DNA of 64,000 nucleotides from Lytechinus pictus. Taxonomy: Eukaryota. The stretch spans positions 43,464,001 to 43,528,000 of the forward strand of contig NC_087245.1 of assembly GCF_037042905.1 (NCBI RefSeq). Reading direction: 5' to 3'. This document shows, piece by piece, positions 40,101-55,100 of this stretch (its first letter is position 1; each line of letters opens with the position of its first letter). A model generated the notes under the pieces. It was given only the letters and a program-made list of their open reading frames with translations. It ran no database searches and was not told where the DNA came from. Made by a program: the position numbers and the translations under genes.

Positions 40101-43100
40101 CAAGTTCTACTTGTTTGATGTCCATCAATGGGCTAAAATATATATTGTGTGGAGTTAAAACTTCTTGTTAGCATGTTTAATTTTGTTCGAAGTGATTTAT
40201 TACCTTTTTTATTCGCATAAAAATAAACAAAGTAAATAAAAGAAAATTGATAACAAACAAAGAGTGTACGCAATTCTTGTGCTCATATCGCCTCTATTCC
40301 TCATTATAACTCACGAGCTGGAGGGGGGGTGCTATAGATATATACCATCAACCCCGCCCTGCTTACAAGACAGGAGGATGAGGTGTGTACCCCGACTCAG
40401 CTCCCCCCCCCCCCCCGCGCGTATATAGCTTTCAACGAAGTGAATAGTATTCAAGTGCGCGATCCACATCTGACTGAGACAAGTTTATGTATTTTAATGT
40501 TTTGTTCATCTTTCTTTCTCGGCGTGCTCTTAACACTAAAATTGGGAATCCTTGATGATAATTAGTAATTATTTATCATTTTAAAATCCCTACTTATTTC
40601 ATTTCACACTCTCAAACCAACCAGATCTGATCTCCTGTTAGCAGTAGAAACTCGCATTTCTGCATGATAAATGATAATAAGCATTGAATATGCATTTGAA
40701 AGCGTCATTTCATCATAGTAAGCGATAAATGCACTAAATGCCGAGTTATATACCGAACAACTGTTGTCAAACATAACCTATTTCATTGTATAAAACTGTT
40801 TAAAGCATTCCATCACTGATTTCTAGCAGACGACGCTCAGCCTTAGCAACGAATGTGTTGAAGTGTAGTCGCGGTATACTGAGGGTCGAACAAAGAAAAG
40901 TTGAATATTTTGGTCTCAAAAGAAAGAGTGGGTTCTCCTGAAAAGATTGATACCTTGCATTCAATACCTAATCTGACTAAACGCGTTAAAAGAAAAGAAA
41001 ACGTCTCATTAGACGCCCCTCATTTTAATGTAAAAATACAGTGTTCCATTCACATAATTTGTGCGCTTCCTATAGGCTATGGTATTGCAGCTACAAGTTC
41101 TACTTGTTTGATGTCCATCAATGGGCTAAAATATATATTGTGTGGAGTTAAAACTTCTTGTTAGCATGTTTAATTTTGTTCGAAGTGATTTATTACCTTT
41201 TTTATTCGCATAAAAATAAACAAAGTAAATAAAAGAAAATTGATAACAAACAAAGAGTGTACGCAATTCTTGTGCTCATATCGCCTCTATTCCTCATTAT
41301 AACTCACGAGCTGGAGGGGGGGTGCTATAGATATATACCATCAACCCCGCCCTGCTTACAAGACAGGAGGATGAGGTGTGTACCCCGACTCAGCTCCCCC
41401 CCCCCCCGCGCGTATATAGCTTTCAACGAAGTGAATAGTATTCAAGTGCGCGATCCACATCTGACTGAGACAAGTTTATGTATTTTAATGTTTTGTTCAT
41501 CTTTCTTTCTCGGCGTGCTCTTAACACTAAAATTGGGAATCCTTGATGATAATTAGTAATTATTTATCATTTTAAAATCCCTACTTATTTCATTTCACAC
41601 TCTCAAACCAACCAGATCTGATCTCCTGTTAGCAGTAGAAACTCGCATTTCTGCATGATAAATGATAATAAGCATTGAATATGCATTTGAAAGCGTCATT
41701 TCATCATAGTAAGCGATAAATGCACTAAATGCCGAGTTATATACCGAACAACTGTTGTCAAACATAACCTATTTCATTGTATAAAACTGTTTAAAGCATT
41801 CCATCACTGATTTCTAGCAGACGACGCTCAGCCTTAGCAACGAATGTGTTGAAGTGTAGTCGCGGTATAGGGAACACATGAGTATTACAGACCCCCATTG
41901 ACTCACGTGTTAAATCATAGCTCATCAAAAAATCATCAAAAATCAATCCCACGATAGATTTTGCTTTAATTCTCTGACATTTGTCACAATCAACGGTACA
42001 TTAAGACCTGATATGTTAATCGGGTACTTGCCCGGCTCAATCAAAAGTTAAGTGGCCTGAAATAAGACTAACCATAATTTCGGCCAGTTCATCGCCAGAA
42101 AAACCCGAACTGCATTGTGGGTAATAATAATTAAAATGAAATACAAAAATGCAGTTTAGCCTCCCCAAAGGCCTTAATTATGAAAGAGTATGAACATGAC
42201 ATTGTTTCTATCATTTATATTTTGATATACAAACATTTTGTCCATTTTTAATGAATTATTTTAATCAATAAAGTCATGTGATCTTTACTTACGCCTGTCC
42301 GACATGCTTTGCGCGCGGTTGAATTACTCTCATGTGCCCTATACTGAGGGTCGAACAAAGAAAAGTTGAATATTTTGGTCTCAAAAGAAAGAGTGGGTTC
42401 TCCTGAAAAGATTGATACCTTGCATTCAATACCTAATCTGACTAAACGCGTTAAAAGAAAAGAAAACGTCTCATTAGACGCCCCTCATTTTAATGTAAAA
42501 ATACAGTGTTCCATTCACATAATTTGTGCGCTTCCTATAGGCTATGGTATTGCAGCTACAAGTTCTACTTGTTTGATGTCCATCAATGGGCTAAAATATA
42601 TATTGTGTGGAGTTAAAACTTCTTGTTAGCATGTTTAATTTTGTTCGAAGTGATTTATTACCTTTTTTATTCGCATAAAAATAAACAAAGTAAATAAAAG
42701 AAAATTGATAACAAACAAAGAGTGTACGCAATTCTTGTGCTCATATCGCCTCTATTCCTCATTATAACTCACGAGCTGGAGGGGGGGTGCTATAGATATA
42801 TACCATCAACCCCGCCCTGCTTACAAGACAGGAGGATGAGGTGTGTACCCCGACTCAGCTCCCCCCCCCCCCCGCGCGTATATAGCTTTCAACGAAGTGA
42901 ATAGTATTCAAGTGCGCGATCCACATCTGACTGAGACAAGTTTATGTATTTTAATGTTTTGTTCATCTTTCTTTCTCGGCGTGCTCTTAACACTAAAATT
43001 GGGAATCCTTGATGATAATTAGTAATTATTTATCATTTTAAAATCCCTACTTATTTCATTTCACACTCTCAAACCAACCAGATCTGATCTCCTGTTAGCA

Positions 43101-46100
43101 GTAGAAACTCGCATTTCTGCATGATAAATGATAATAAGCATTGAATATGCATTTGAAAGCGTCATTTCATCATAGTAAGCGATAAATGCACTAAATGCCG
43201 AGTTATATACCGAACAACTGTTGTCAAACATAACCTATTTCATTGTATAAAACTGTTTAAAGCATTCCATCACTGATTTCTAGCAGACGACGCTCAGCCT
43301 TAGCAACGAATGTGTTGAAGTGTAGTCGCGGTATAGGGAACACATGAGTATTACAGACCCCCATTGACTCACGTGTTAAATCATAGCTCATCAAAAAATC
43401 ATCAAAAATCAATCCCACGATAGATTTTGCTTTAATTCTCTGACATTTGTCACAATCAACTGTACATTAAGACCTGATATGTTAATCGGGTACTTGCCCG
43501 GCTCAATCAAAAGTTAAGTGGCCTGAAATAAGACTAACCATAATTTCGGCCAGTTCATCGCCAGAAAAACCCGAACTGCATTGTGGGTAATAATAATTAA
43601 AATGAAATACAAAAATGCAGTTTAGCCTCCCCAAAGGCCTTAATTATGAAAGAGTATGAACATGACATTGTTTCTATCATTTATATTTTGATATACAAAC
43701 ATTTTGTCCATTTTTAATGAATTATTTTAATCAATAAAGTCATGTGATCTTTACTTACGCCTGTCCGACATGCTTTGCGCGCGGTTGAATTACTCTCATG
43801 TGCCCTATACTGAGGGTCGAACAAAGAAAAGTTGAATATTTTGGTCTCAAAAGAAAGAGTGGGTTCCCCTGAAAAGATTGATACCTTGCATTCAATACCT
43901 AATCTGACTAAACGCGTTAAAAGAAAAGAAAACGTCTCATTAGACGCCCCTCATTTTAATGTAAAAATACAGTGTTCCATTCACATAATTTGTGCGCTTC
44001 CTATAGGCTATGGTATTGCAGCTACAAGTTCTACTTGTTTGATGTCCATCAATGGGCTAAAATATATATTGTGTGGAGTTAAAACTTCTTGTTAGCATGT
44101 TTAATTTTGTTCGAAGTGATTTATTACCTTTTTTATTCGCATAAAAATAAACAAAGTAAATAAAAGAAAATTGATAACAAACAAAGAGTGTACGCAATTC
44201 TTGTGCTCATATCGCCTCTATTCCTCATTATAACTCACGAGCTGGAGGGGGGGTGCTATAGATATATACCATCAACCCCGCCCTGCTTACAAGACAGGAG
44301 GATGAGGTGTGTACCCCGACTCAGCTCCCCCCCCCCCCCGCGTATATAGCTTTCAACGAAGTGAATAGTATTCAAGTGCGCGATCCACATCTGACTGAGA
44401 CAAGTTTATGTATTTTAATGTTTTGTTCATCTTTCTTTCTCGGCGTGCTCTTAACACTAAAATTGGGAATCCTTGATGATAATTAGTAATTATTTATCAT
44501 TTTAAAATCCCTACTTATTTCATTTCACACTCTCAAACCAACCAGATCTGATCTCCTGTTAGCAGTAGAAACTCGCATTTCTGCATGATAAATGATAATA
44601 AGCATTGAATATGCATTTGAAAGCGTCATTTCATCATAGTAAGCGATAAATGCACTAAATGCCGAGTTATATACCGAACAACTGTTGTCAAACATAACCT
44701 ATTTCATTGTATAAAACTGTTTAAAGCATTCCATCACTGATTTCTAGCAGACGACGCTCAGCCTTAGCAACGAATGTGTTGAAGTGTAGTCGCGGTATAG
44801 GGAACACATGAGTATTACAGACCCCCATTGACTCACGTGTTAAATCATAGCTCATCAAAAAATCATCAAAAATCAATCCCACGATAGATTTTGCTTTAAT
44901 TCTCTGACATTTGTCACAATCAACGGTACATTAAGACCTGATATGTTAATCGGGTACTTGCCCGGCTCAATCAAAAGTTAAGTGGCCTGAAATAAGACTA
45001 ACCATAATTTCGGCCAGTTCATCGCCAGAAAAACCCGAACTGCATTGTGGGTAATAATAATTAAAATGAAATACAAAAATGCAGTTTAGCCTCCCCAAAG
45101 GCCTTAATTATGAAAGAGTATGAACATGACATTGTTTCTATCATTTATATTTTGATATACAAACATTTTGTCCATTTTTAATGAATTATTTTAATCAATA
45201 AAGTCATGTGATCTTTACTTACGCCTGTCCGACATGCTTTGCGCGCGGTTGAATTACTCTCATGTGCCCTATACTGAGGGTCGAACAAAGAAAAGTTGAA
45301 TATTTTGGTCTCAAAAGAAAGAGTGGGTTCTCCTGAAAAGATTGATACCTTGCATTCAATACCTAATCTGACTAAACGCGTTAAAAGAAAAGAAAACGTC
45401 TCATTAGACGCCCCTCATTTTAATGTAAAAATACAGTGTTCCATTCACATAATTTGTGCGCTTCCTATAGGCTATGGTATTGCAGCTACAAGTTCTACTT
45501 GTTTGATGTCCATCAATGGGCTAAAATATATATTGTGTGGAGTTAAAACTTCTTGTTAGCATGTTTAATTTTGTTCGAAGTGATTTATTACCTTTTTTAT
45601 TCGCATAAAAATAAACAAAGTAAATAAAAGAAAATTGATAACAAACAAAGAGTGTACGCAATTCTTGTGCTCATATCGCCTCTATTCCTCATTATAACTC
45701 ACGAGCTGGAGGGGGGGTGCTATAGATATATACCATCAACCCCGCCCTGCTTACAAGACAGGAGGATGAGGTGTGTACCCCGACTCAGCTCCCCCCCCCC
45801 CGCGCGTATATAGCTTTCAACGAAGTGAATAGTATTCAAGTGCGCGATCCACATCTGACTGAGACAAGTTTATGTATTTTAATGTTTTGTTCATCTTTCT
45901 TTCTCGGCGTGCTCTTAACACTAAAATTGGGAATCCTTGATGATAATTAGTAATTATTTATCATTTTAAAATCCCTACTTATTTCATTTCACACTCTCAA
46001 ACCAACCAGATCTGATCTCCTGTTAGCAGTAGAAACTCGCATTTCTGCATGATAAATGATAATAAGCATTGAATATGCATTTGAAAGCGTCATTTCATCA

Positions 46101-49100
46101 TAGTAAGCGATAAATGCACTAAATGCCGAGTTATATACCGAACAACTGTTGTCAAACATAACCTATTTCATTGTATAAAACTGTTTAAAGCATTCCATCA
46201 CTGATTTCTAGCAGACGACGCTCAGCCTTAGCAACGAATGTGTTGAAGTGTAGTCGCGGTATAGGGAACACATGAGTATTACAGACCCCCATTGACTCAC
46301 GTGTTAAATCATAGCTCATCAAAAAATCATCAAAAATCAATCCCACGATAGATTTTGCTTTAATTCTCTGACATTTGTCACAATCAACGGTACATTAAGA
46401 CCTGATATGTTAATCGGGTACTTGCCCGGCTCAATCAAAAGTTAAGTGGCCTGAAATAAGACTAACCATAATTTCGGCCAGTTCATCGCCAGAAAAACCC
46501 GAACTGCATTGTGGGTAATAATAATTAAAATGAAATACAAAAATGCAGTTTAGCCTCCCCAAAGGCCTTAATTATGAAAGAGTATGAACATGACATTGTT
46601 TCTATCATTTATATTTTGATATACAAACATTTTGTCCATTTTTAATGAATTATTTTAATCAATAAAGTCATGTGATCTTTACTTACGCCTGTCCGACATG
46701 CTTTGCGCGCGGTTGAATTACTCTCATGTGCCCTATACTGAGGGTCGAACAAAGAAAAGTTGAATATTTTGGTCTCAAAAGAAAGAGTGGGTTCTCCTGA
46801 AAAGATTGATACCTTGCATTCAATACCTAATCTGACTAAACGCGTTAAAAGAAAAGAAAACGTCTCATTAGACGCCCCTCATTTTAATGTAAAAATACAG
46901 TGTTCCATTCACATAATTTGTGCGCTTCCTATAGGCTATGGTATTGCAGCTACAAGTTCTACTTGTTTGATGTCCATCAATGGGCTAAAATATATATTGT
47001 GTGGAGTTAAAACTTCTTGTTAGCATGTTTAATTTTGTTCGAAGTGATTTATTACCTTTTTTATTCGCATAAAAATAAACAAAGTAAATAAAAGAAAATT
47101 GATAACAAACAAAGAGTGTACGCAATTCTTGTGCTCATATCGCCTCTATTCCTCATTATAACTCACGAGCTGGAGGGGGGGTGCTATAGATATATACCAT
47201 CAACCCCGCCCTGCTTACAAGACAGGAGGATGAGGTGTGTACCCCGACTCAGCTCCCCCCCCCCCCCCGCGCGTATATAGCTTTCAACGAAGTGAATAGT
47301 ATTCAAGTGCGCGATCCACATCTGACTGAGACAAGTTTATGTATTTTAATGTTTTGTTCATCTTTCTTTCTCGGCGTGCTCTTAACACTAAAATTGGGAA
47401 TCCTTGATGATAATTAGTAATTATTTATCATTTTAAAATCCCTACTTATTTCATTTCACACTCTCAAACCAACCAGATCTGATCTCCTGTTAGCAGTAGA
47501 AACTCGCATTTCTGCATGATAAATGATAATAAGCATTGAATATGCATTTGAAAGCGTCATTTCATCATAGTAAGCGATAAATGCACTAAATGCCGAGTTA
47601 TATACCGAACAACTGTTGTCAAACATAACCTATTTCATTGTATAAAACTGTTTAAAGCATTCCATCACTGATTTCTAGCAGACGACGCTCAGCCTTAGCA
47701 ACGAATGTGTTGAAGTGTAGTCGCGGTATAGGGAACACATGAGTATTACAGACCCCCATTGACTCACGTGTTAAATCATAGCTCATCAAAAAATCATCAA
47801 AAATCAATCCCACGATAGATTTTGCTTTAATTCTCTGACATTTGTCACAATCAACGGTACATTAAGACCTGATATGTTAATCGGGTACTTGCCCGGCTCA
47901 ATCAAAAGTTAAGTGGCCTGAAATAAGACTAACCATAATTTCGGCCAGTTCATCGCCAGAAAAACCCGAACTGCATTGTGGGTAATAATAATTAAAATGA
48001 AATACAAAAATGCAGTTTAGCCTCCCCAAAGGCCTTAATTATGAAAGAGTATGAACATGACATTGTTTCTATCATTTATATTTTGATATACAAACATTTT
48101 GTCCATTTTTAATGAATTATTTTAATCAATAAAGTCATGTGATCTTTACTTACGCCTGTCCGACATGCTTTGCGCGCGGTTGAATTACTCTCATGTGCCC
48201 TATACTGAGGGTCGAACAAAGAAAAGTTGAATATTTTGGTCTCAAAAGAAAGAGTGGGTTCTCCTGAAAAGATTGATACCTTGCATTCAATACCTAATCT
48301 GACTAAACGCGTTAAAAGAAAAGAAAACGTCTCATTAGACGCCCCTCATTTTAATGTAAGAATACAGTGTTCCATTCACATAATTTGTGCGCTTCCTATA
48401 GGCTATGGTATTGCAGCTACAAGTTCTACTTGTTTGATGTCCATCAATGGGCTAAAATATATATTGTGTGGAGTTAAAACTTCTTGTTAGCATGTTTAAT
48501 TTTGTTCGAAGTGATTTATTACCTTTTTTATTCGCATAAAAATAAACAAAGTAAATAAAAGAAAATTGATAACAAACAAAGAGTGTACGCAATTCTTGTG
48601 CTCATATCGCCTCTATTCCTCATTATAACTCACGAGCTGGAGGGGGGGTGCTATAGATATATACCATCAACCCCGCCCTGCTTACAAGACAGGAGGATGA
48701 GGTGTGTACCCCGACTCAGCTCCCCCCCCCCCCCGCGCGTATATAGCTTTCAACGAAGTGAATAGTATTCAAGTGCGCGATCCACATCTGACTGAGACAA
48801 GTTTATGTATTTTAATGTTTTGTTCATCTTTCTTTCTCGGCGTGCTCTTAACACTAAAATTGGGAATCCTTGATGATAATTAGTAATTATTTATCATTTT
48901 AAAATCCCTACTTATTTCATTTCACACTCTCAAACCAACCAGATCTGATCTCCGGTTAGCAGTAGAAACTCGCATTTCTGCATGATAAATGATAATAAGC
49001 ATTGAATATGCATTTGAAAGCGTCATTTCATCATAGTAAGCGATAAATGCACTAAATGCCGAGTTATATACCGAACAACTGTTGTCAAACATAACCTATT

Positions 49101-52100
49101 TCATTGTATAAAACTGTTTAAAGCATTCCATCACTGATTTCTAGCAGACGACGCTCAGCCTTAGCAACGAATGTGTTGAAGTGTAGTCGCGGTATAGGGA
49201 ACACATGAGTATTACAGACCCCCATTGACTCACGTGTTAAATCATAGCTCATCAAAAAATCATCAAAAATCAATCCCACGATAGATTTTGCTTTAATTCT
49301 CTGACATTTGTCACAATCAACGGTACATTAAGACCTGATATGTTAATCGGGTACTTGCCCGGCTCAATCAAAAGTTAAGTGGCCTGAAATAAGACTAACC
49401 ATAATTTCGGCCAGTTCATCGCCAGAAAAACCCGAACTGCATTGTGGGTAATAATAATTAAAATGAAATACAAAAATGCAGTTTAGCCTCCCCAAAGGCC
49501 TTAATTATGAAAGAGTATGAACATGACATTGTTTCTATCATTTATATTTTGATATACAAACATTTTGTCCATTTTTAATGAATTATTTTAATCAATAAAG
49601 TCATGTGATCTTTACTTACGCCTGTCCGACATGCTTTGCGCGCGGTTGAATTACTCTCATGTGCCCTATACTGAGGGTCGAACAAAGAAAAGTTGAATAT
49701 TTTGGTCTCAAAAGAAAGAGTGGGTTCTCCTGAAAAGATTGATACCTTGCATTCAATACCTAATCTGACTAAACGCGTTAAAAGAAAAGAAAACGTCTCA
49801 TTAGACGCCCCTCATTTTAATGTAAAAATACAGTGTTCCATTCACATAATTTGTGCGCTTCCTATAGGCTATGGTATTGCAGCTACAAGTTCTACTTGTT
49901 TGATGTCCATCAATGGGCTAAAATATATATTGTGTGGAGTTAAAACTTCTTGTTAGCATGTTTAATTTTGTTCGAAGTGATTTATTACCTTTTTTATTCG
50001 CATAAAAATAAACAAAGTAAATAAAAGAAAATTGATAACAAACAAAGAGTGTACGCAATTCTTGTGCTCATATCGCCTCTATTCCTCATTATAACTCACG
50101 AGCTGGAGGGGGGGTGCTATAGATATATACCATCAACCCCGCCCTGCTTACAAGACAGGAGGATGAGGTGTGTACCCCGACTCAGCTCCCCCCCCCCCCC
50201 CCCCCCGCGCGTATATAGCTTTCAACGAAGTGAATAGTATTCAAGTGCGCGATCCACATCTGACTGAGACAAGTTTATGTATTTTAATGTTTTGTTCATC
50301 TTTCTTTCTCGGCGTGCTCTTAACACTAAAATTGGGAATCCTTGATGATAATTAGTAATTATTTATCATTTTAAAATCCCTACTTATTTCATTTCACACT
50401 CTCAAACCAACCAGATCTGATCTCCTGTTAGCAGTAGAAACTCGCATTTCTGCATGATAAATGATAATAAGCATTGAATATGCATTTGAAAGCGTCATTT
50501 CATCATAGTAAGCGATAAATGCACTAAATGCCGAGTTATATACCGAACAACTGTTGTCAAACATAACCTATTTCATTGTATAAAACTGTTTAAAGCATTC
50601 CATCACTGATTTCTAGCAGACGACGCTCAGCCTTAGCAACGAATGTGTTGAAGTGTAGTCGCGGTATAGGGAACACATGAGTATTACAGACCCCCATTGA
50701 CTCACGTGTTAAATCATAGCTCATCAAAAAATCATCAAAAATCAATCCCACGATAGATTTTGCTTTAATTCTCTGACATTTGTCACAATCAACGGTACAT
50801 TAAGACCTGATATGTTAATCGGGTACTTGCCCGGCTCAATCAAAAGTTAAGTGGCCTGAAATAAGACTAACCATAATTTCGGCCAGTTCATCGCCAGAAA
50901 AACCCGAACTGCATTGTGGGTAATAATAATTAAAATGAAATACAAAAATGCAGTTTAGCCTCCCCAAAGGCCTTAATTATGAAAGAGTATGAACATGACA
51001 TTGTTTCTATCATTTATATTTTGATATACAAACATTTTGTCCATTTTTAATGAATTATTTTAATCAATAAAGTCATGTGATCTTTACTTACGCCTGTCCG
51101 ACATGCTTTGCGCGCGGTTGAATTACTCTCATGTGCCCTATACTGAGGGTCGAACAAAGAAAAGTTGAATATTTTGGTCTCAAAAGAAAGAGTGGGTTCT
51201 CCTGAAAAGATTGATACCTTGCATTCAATACCTAATCTGACTAAACGCGTTAAAAGAAAAGAAAACGTCTCATTAGACGCCCCTCATTTTAATGTAAAAA
51301 TACAGTGTTCCATTCACATAATTTGTGCGCTTCCTATAGGCTATGGTATTGCAGCTACAAGTTCTACTTGTTTGATGTCCATCAATGGGCTAAAATATAT
51401 ATTGTGTGGAGTTAAAACTTCTTGTTAGCATGTTTAATTTTGTTCGAAGTGATTTATTACCTTTTTTATTCGCATAAAAATAAACAAAGTAAATAAAAGA
51501 AAATTGATAACAAACAAAGAGTGTACGCAATTCTTGTGCTCATATCGCCTCTATTCCTCATTATAACTCACGAGCTGGAGGGGGGGTGCTATAGATATAT
51601 ACCATCAACCCCGCCCTGCTTACAAGACAGGAGGATGAGGTGTGTACCCCGACTCAGCTCCCCCCCCCCCCCGCGCGTATATAGCTTTCAACGAAGTGAA
51701 TAGTATTCAAGTGCGCGATCCACATCTGACTGAGACAAGTTTATGTATTTTAATGTTTTGTTCATCTTTCTTTCTCGGCGTGCTCTTAACACTAAAATTG
51801 GGAATCCTTGATGATAATTAGTAATTATTTATCATTTTAAAATCCCTACTTATTTCATTTCACACTCTCAAACCAACCAGATCTGATCTCCTGTTAGCAG
51901 TAGAAACTCGCATTTCTGCATGATAAATGATAATAAGCATTGAATATGCATTTGAAAGCGTCATTTCATCATAGTAAGCGATAAATGCACTAAATGCCGA
52001 GTTATATACCGAACAACTGTTGTCAAACATAACCTATTTCATTGTATAAAACTGTTTAAAGCATTCCATCACTGATTTCTAGCAGACGACGCTCAGCCTT

Positions 52101-55100
52101 AGCAACGAATGTGTTGAAGTGTAGTCGCGGTATACTGAGGGTCGAACAAAGAAAAGTTGAATATTTTGGTCTCAAAAGAAAGAGTGGGTTCTCCTGAAAA
52201 GATTGATACCTTGCATTCAATACCTAATCTGACTAAACGCGTTAAAAGAAAAGAAAACGTCTCATTAGACGCCCCTCATTTTAATGTAAAAATACAGTGT
52301 TCCATTCACATAATTTGTGCGCTTCCTATAGGCTATGGTATTGCAGCTACAAGTTCTACTTGTTTGATGTCCATCAATGGGCTAAAATATATATTGTGTG
52401 GAGTTAAAACTTCTTGTTAGCATGTTTAATTTTGTTCGAAGTGATTTATTACCTTTTTTATTCGCATAAAAATAAACAAAGTAAATAAAAGAAAATTGAT
52501 AACAAACAAAGAGTGTACGCAATTCTTGTGCTCATATCGCCTCTATTCCTCATTATAACTCACGAGCTGGAGGGGGGGTGCTATAGATATATACCATCAA
52601 CCCCGCCCTGCTTACAAGACAGGAGGATGAGGTGTGTACCCCGACTCAGCTCCCCCCCCCCCCGCGCTTATATAGCTTTCAACGAAGTGAATAGTATTCA
52701 AGTGCGCGATCCACATCTGACTGAGACAAGTTTATGTATTTTAATGTTTTGTTCATCTTTCTTTCTCGGCGTGCTCTTAACACTAAAATTGGGAATCCTT
52801 GATGATAATTAGTAATTATTTATCATTTTAAAATCCCTACTTATTTCATTTCACACTCTCAAACCAACCAGATCTGATCTCCTGTTAGCAGTAGAAACTC
52901 GCATTTCTGCATGATAAATGATAATAAGCATTGAATATGCATTTGAAAGCGTCATTTCATCATAGTAAGCGATAAATGCACTAAATGCCGAGTTATATAC
53001 CGAACAACTGTTGTCAAACATAACCTATTTCATTGTATAAAACTGTTTAAAGCATTCCATCACTGATTTCTAGCAGACGACGCTCAGCCTTAGCAACGAA
53101 TGTGTTGAAGTGTAGTCGCGGTATAGGGAACACATGAGTATTACAGACCCCCATTGACTCACGTGTTAAATCATAGCTCATCAAAAAATCATCAAAAATC
53201 AATCCCACGATAGATTTTGCTTTAATTCTCTGACATTTGTCACAATCAACGGTACATTAAGACCTGATATGTTAATCGGGTACTTGCCCGGCTCAATCAA
53301 AAGTTAAGTGGCCTGAAATAAGACTAACCATAATTTCGGCCAGTTCATCGCCAGAAAAACCCGAACTGCATTGTGGGTAATAATAATTAAAATGAAATAC
53401 AAAAATGCAGTTTAGCCTCCCCAAAGGCCTTAATTATGAAAGAGTATGAACATGACATTGTTTCTATCATTTATATTTTGATATACAAACATTTTGTCCA
53501 TTTTTAATGAATTATTTTAATCAATAAAGTCATGTGATCTTTACTTACGCCTGTCCGACATGCTTTGCGCGCGGTTGAATTACTCTCATGTGCCCTATAC
53601 TGAGGGTCGAACAAAGAAAAGTTGAATATTTTGGTCTCAAAAGAAAGAGTGGGTTCTCCTGAAAAGATTGATACCTTGCATTCAATACCTAATCTGACTA
53701 AACGCGTTAAAAGAAAAGAAAACGTCTCATTAGACGCCCCTCATTTTAATGTAAAAATACAGTGTTCCATTCACATAATTTGTGCGCTTCCTATAGGCTA
53801 TGGTATTGCAGCTACAAGTTCTACTTGTTTGATGTCCATCAATGGGCTAAAATATATATTGTGTGGAGTTAAAACTTCTTGTTAGCATGTTTAATTTTGT
53901 TCGAAGTGATTTATTACCTTTTTTATTCGCATAAAAATAAACAAAGTAAATAAAAGAAAATTGATAACAAACAAAGAGTGTACGCAATTCTTGTGCTCAT
54001 ATCGCCTCTATTCCTCATTATAACTCACGAGCTGGAGGGGGGGTGCTATAGATATATACCATCAACCCCGCCCTGCTTACAAGACAGGAGGATGAGGTGT
54101 GTACCCCGACTCAGCTCCCCCCCCCCCCGCGCGTATATAGCTTTCAACGAAGTGAATAGTATTCAAGTGCGCGATCCACATCTGACTGAGACAAGTTTAT
54201 GTATTTTAATGTTTTGTTCATCTTTCTTTCTCGGCGTGCTCTTAACACTAAAATTGGGAATCCTTGATGATAATTAGTAATTATTTATCATTTTAAAATC
54301 CCTACTTATTTCATTTCACACTCTCAAACCAACCAGATCTGATCTCCTGTTAGCAGTAGAAACTCGCATTTCTGCATGATAAATGATAATAAGCATTGAA
54401 TATGCATTTGAAAGCGTCATTTCATCATAGTAAGCGATAAATGCACTAAATGCCGAGTTATATACCGAACAACTGTTGTCAAACATAACCTATTTCATTG
54501 TATAAAACTGTTTAAAGCATTCCATCACTGATTTCTAGCAGACGACGCTCAGCCTTAGCAACGAATGTGTTGAAGTGTAGTCGCGGTATACTGAGGGTCG
54601 AACAAAGAAAAGTTGAATATTTTGGTCTCAAAAGAAAGAGTGGGTTCTCCTGAAAAGATTGATACCTTGCATTCAATACCTAATCTGACTAAACGCGTTA
54701 AAAGAAAAGAAAACGTCTCATTAGACGCCCCTCATTTTAATGTAAAAATACAGTGTTCCATTCACATAATTTGTGCGCTTCCTATAGGCTATGGTATTGC
54801 AGCTACAAGTTCTACTTGTTTGATGTCCATCAATGGGCTAAAATATATATTGTGTGGAGTTAAAACTTCTTGTTAGCATGTTTAATTTTGTTCGAAGTGA
54901 TTTATTACCTTTTTTATTCGCATAAAAATAAACAAAGTAAATAAAAGAAAATTGATAACAAACAAAGAGTGTACGCAATTCTTGTGCTCATATCGCCTCT
55001 ATTCCTCATTATAACTCACGAGCTGGAGGGGGGGTGCTATAGATATATACCATCAACCCCGCCCTGCTTACAAGACAGGAGGATGAGGTGTGTACCCCGA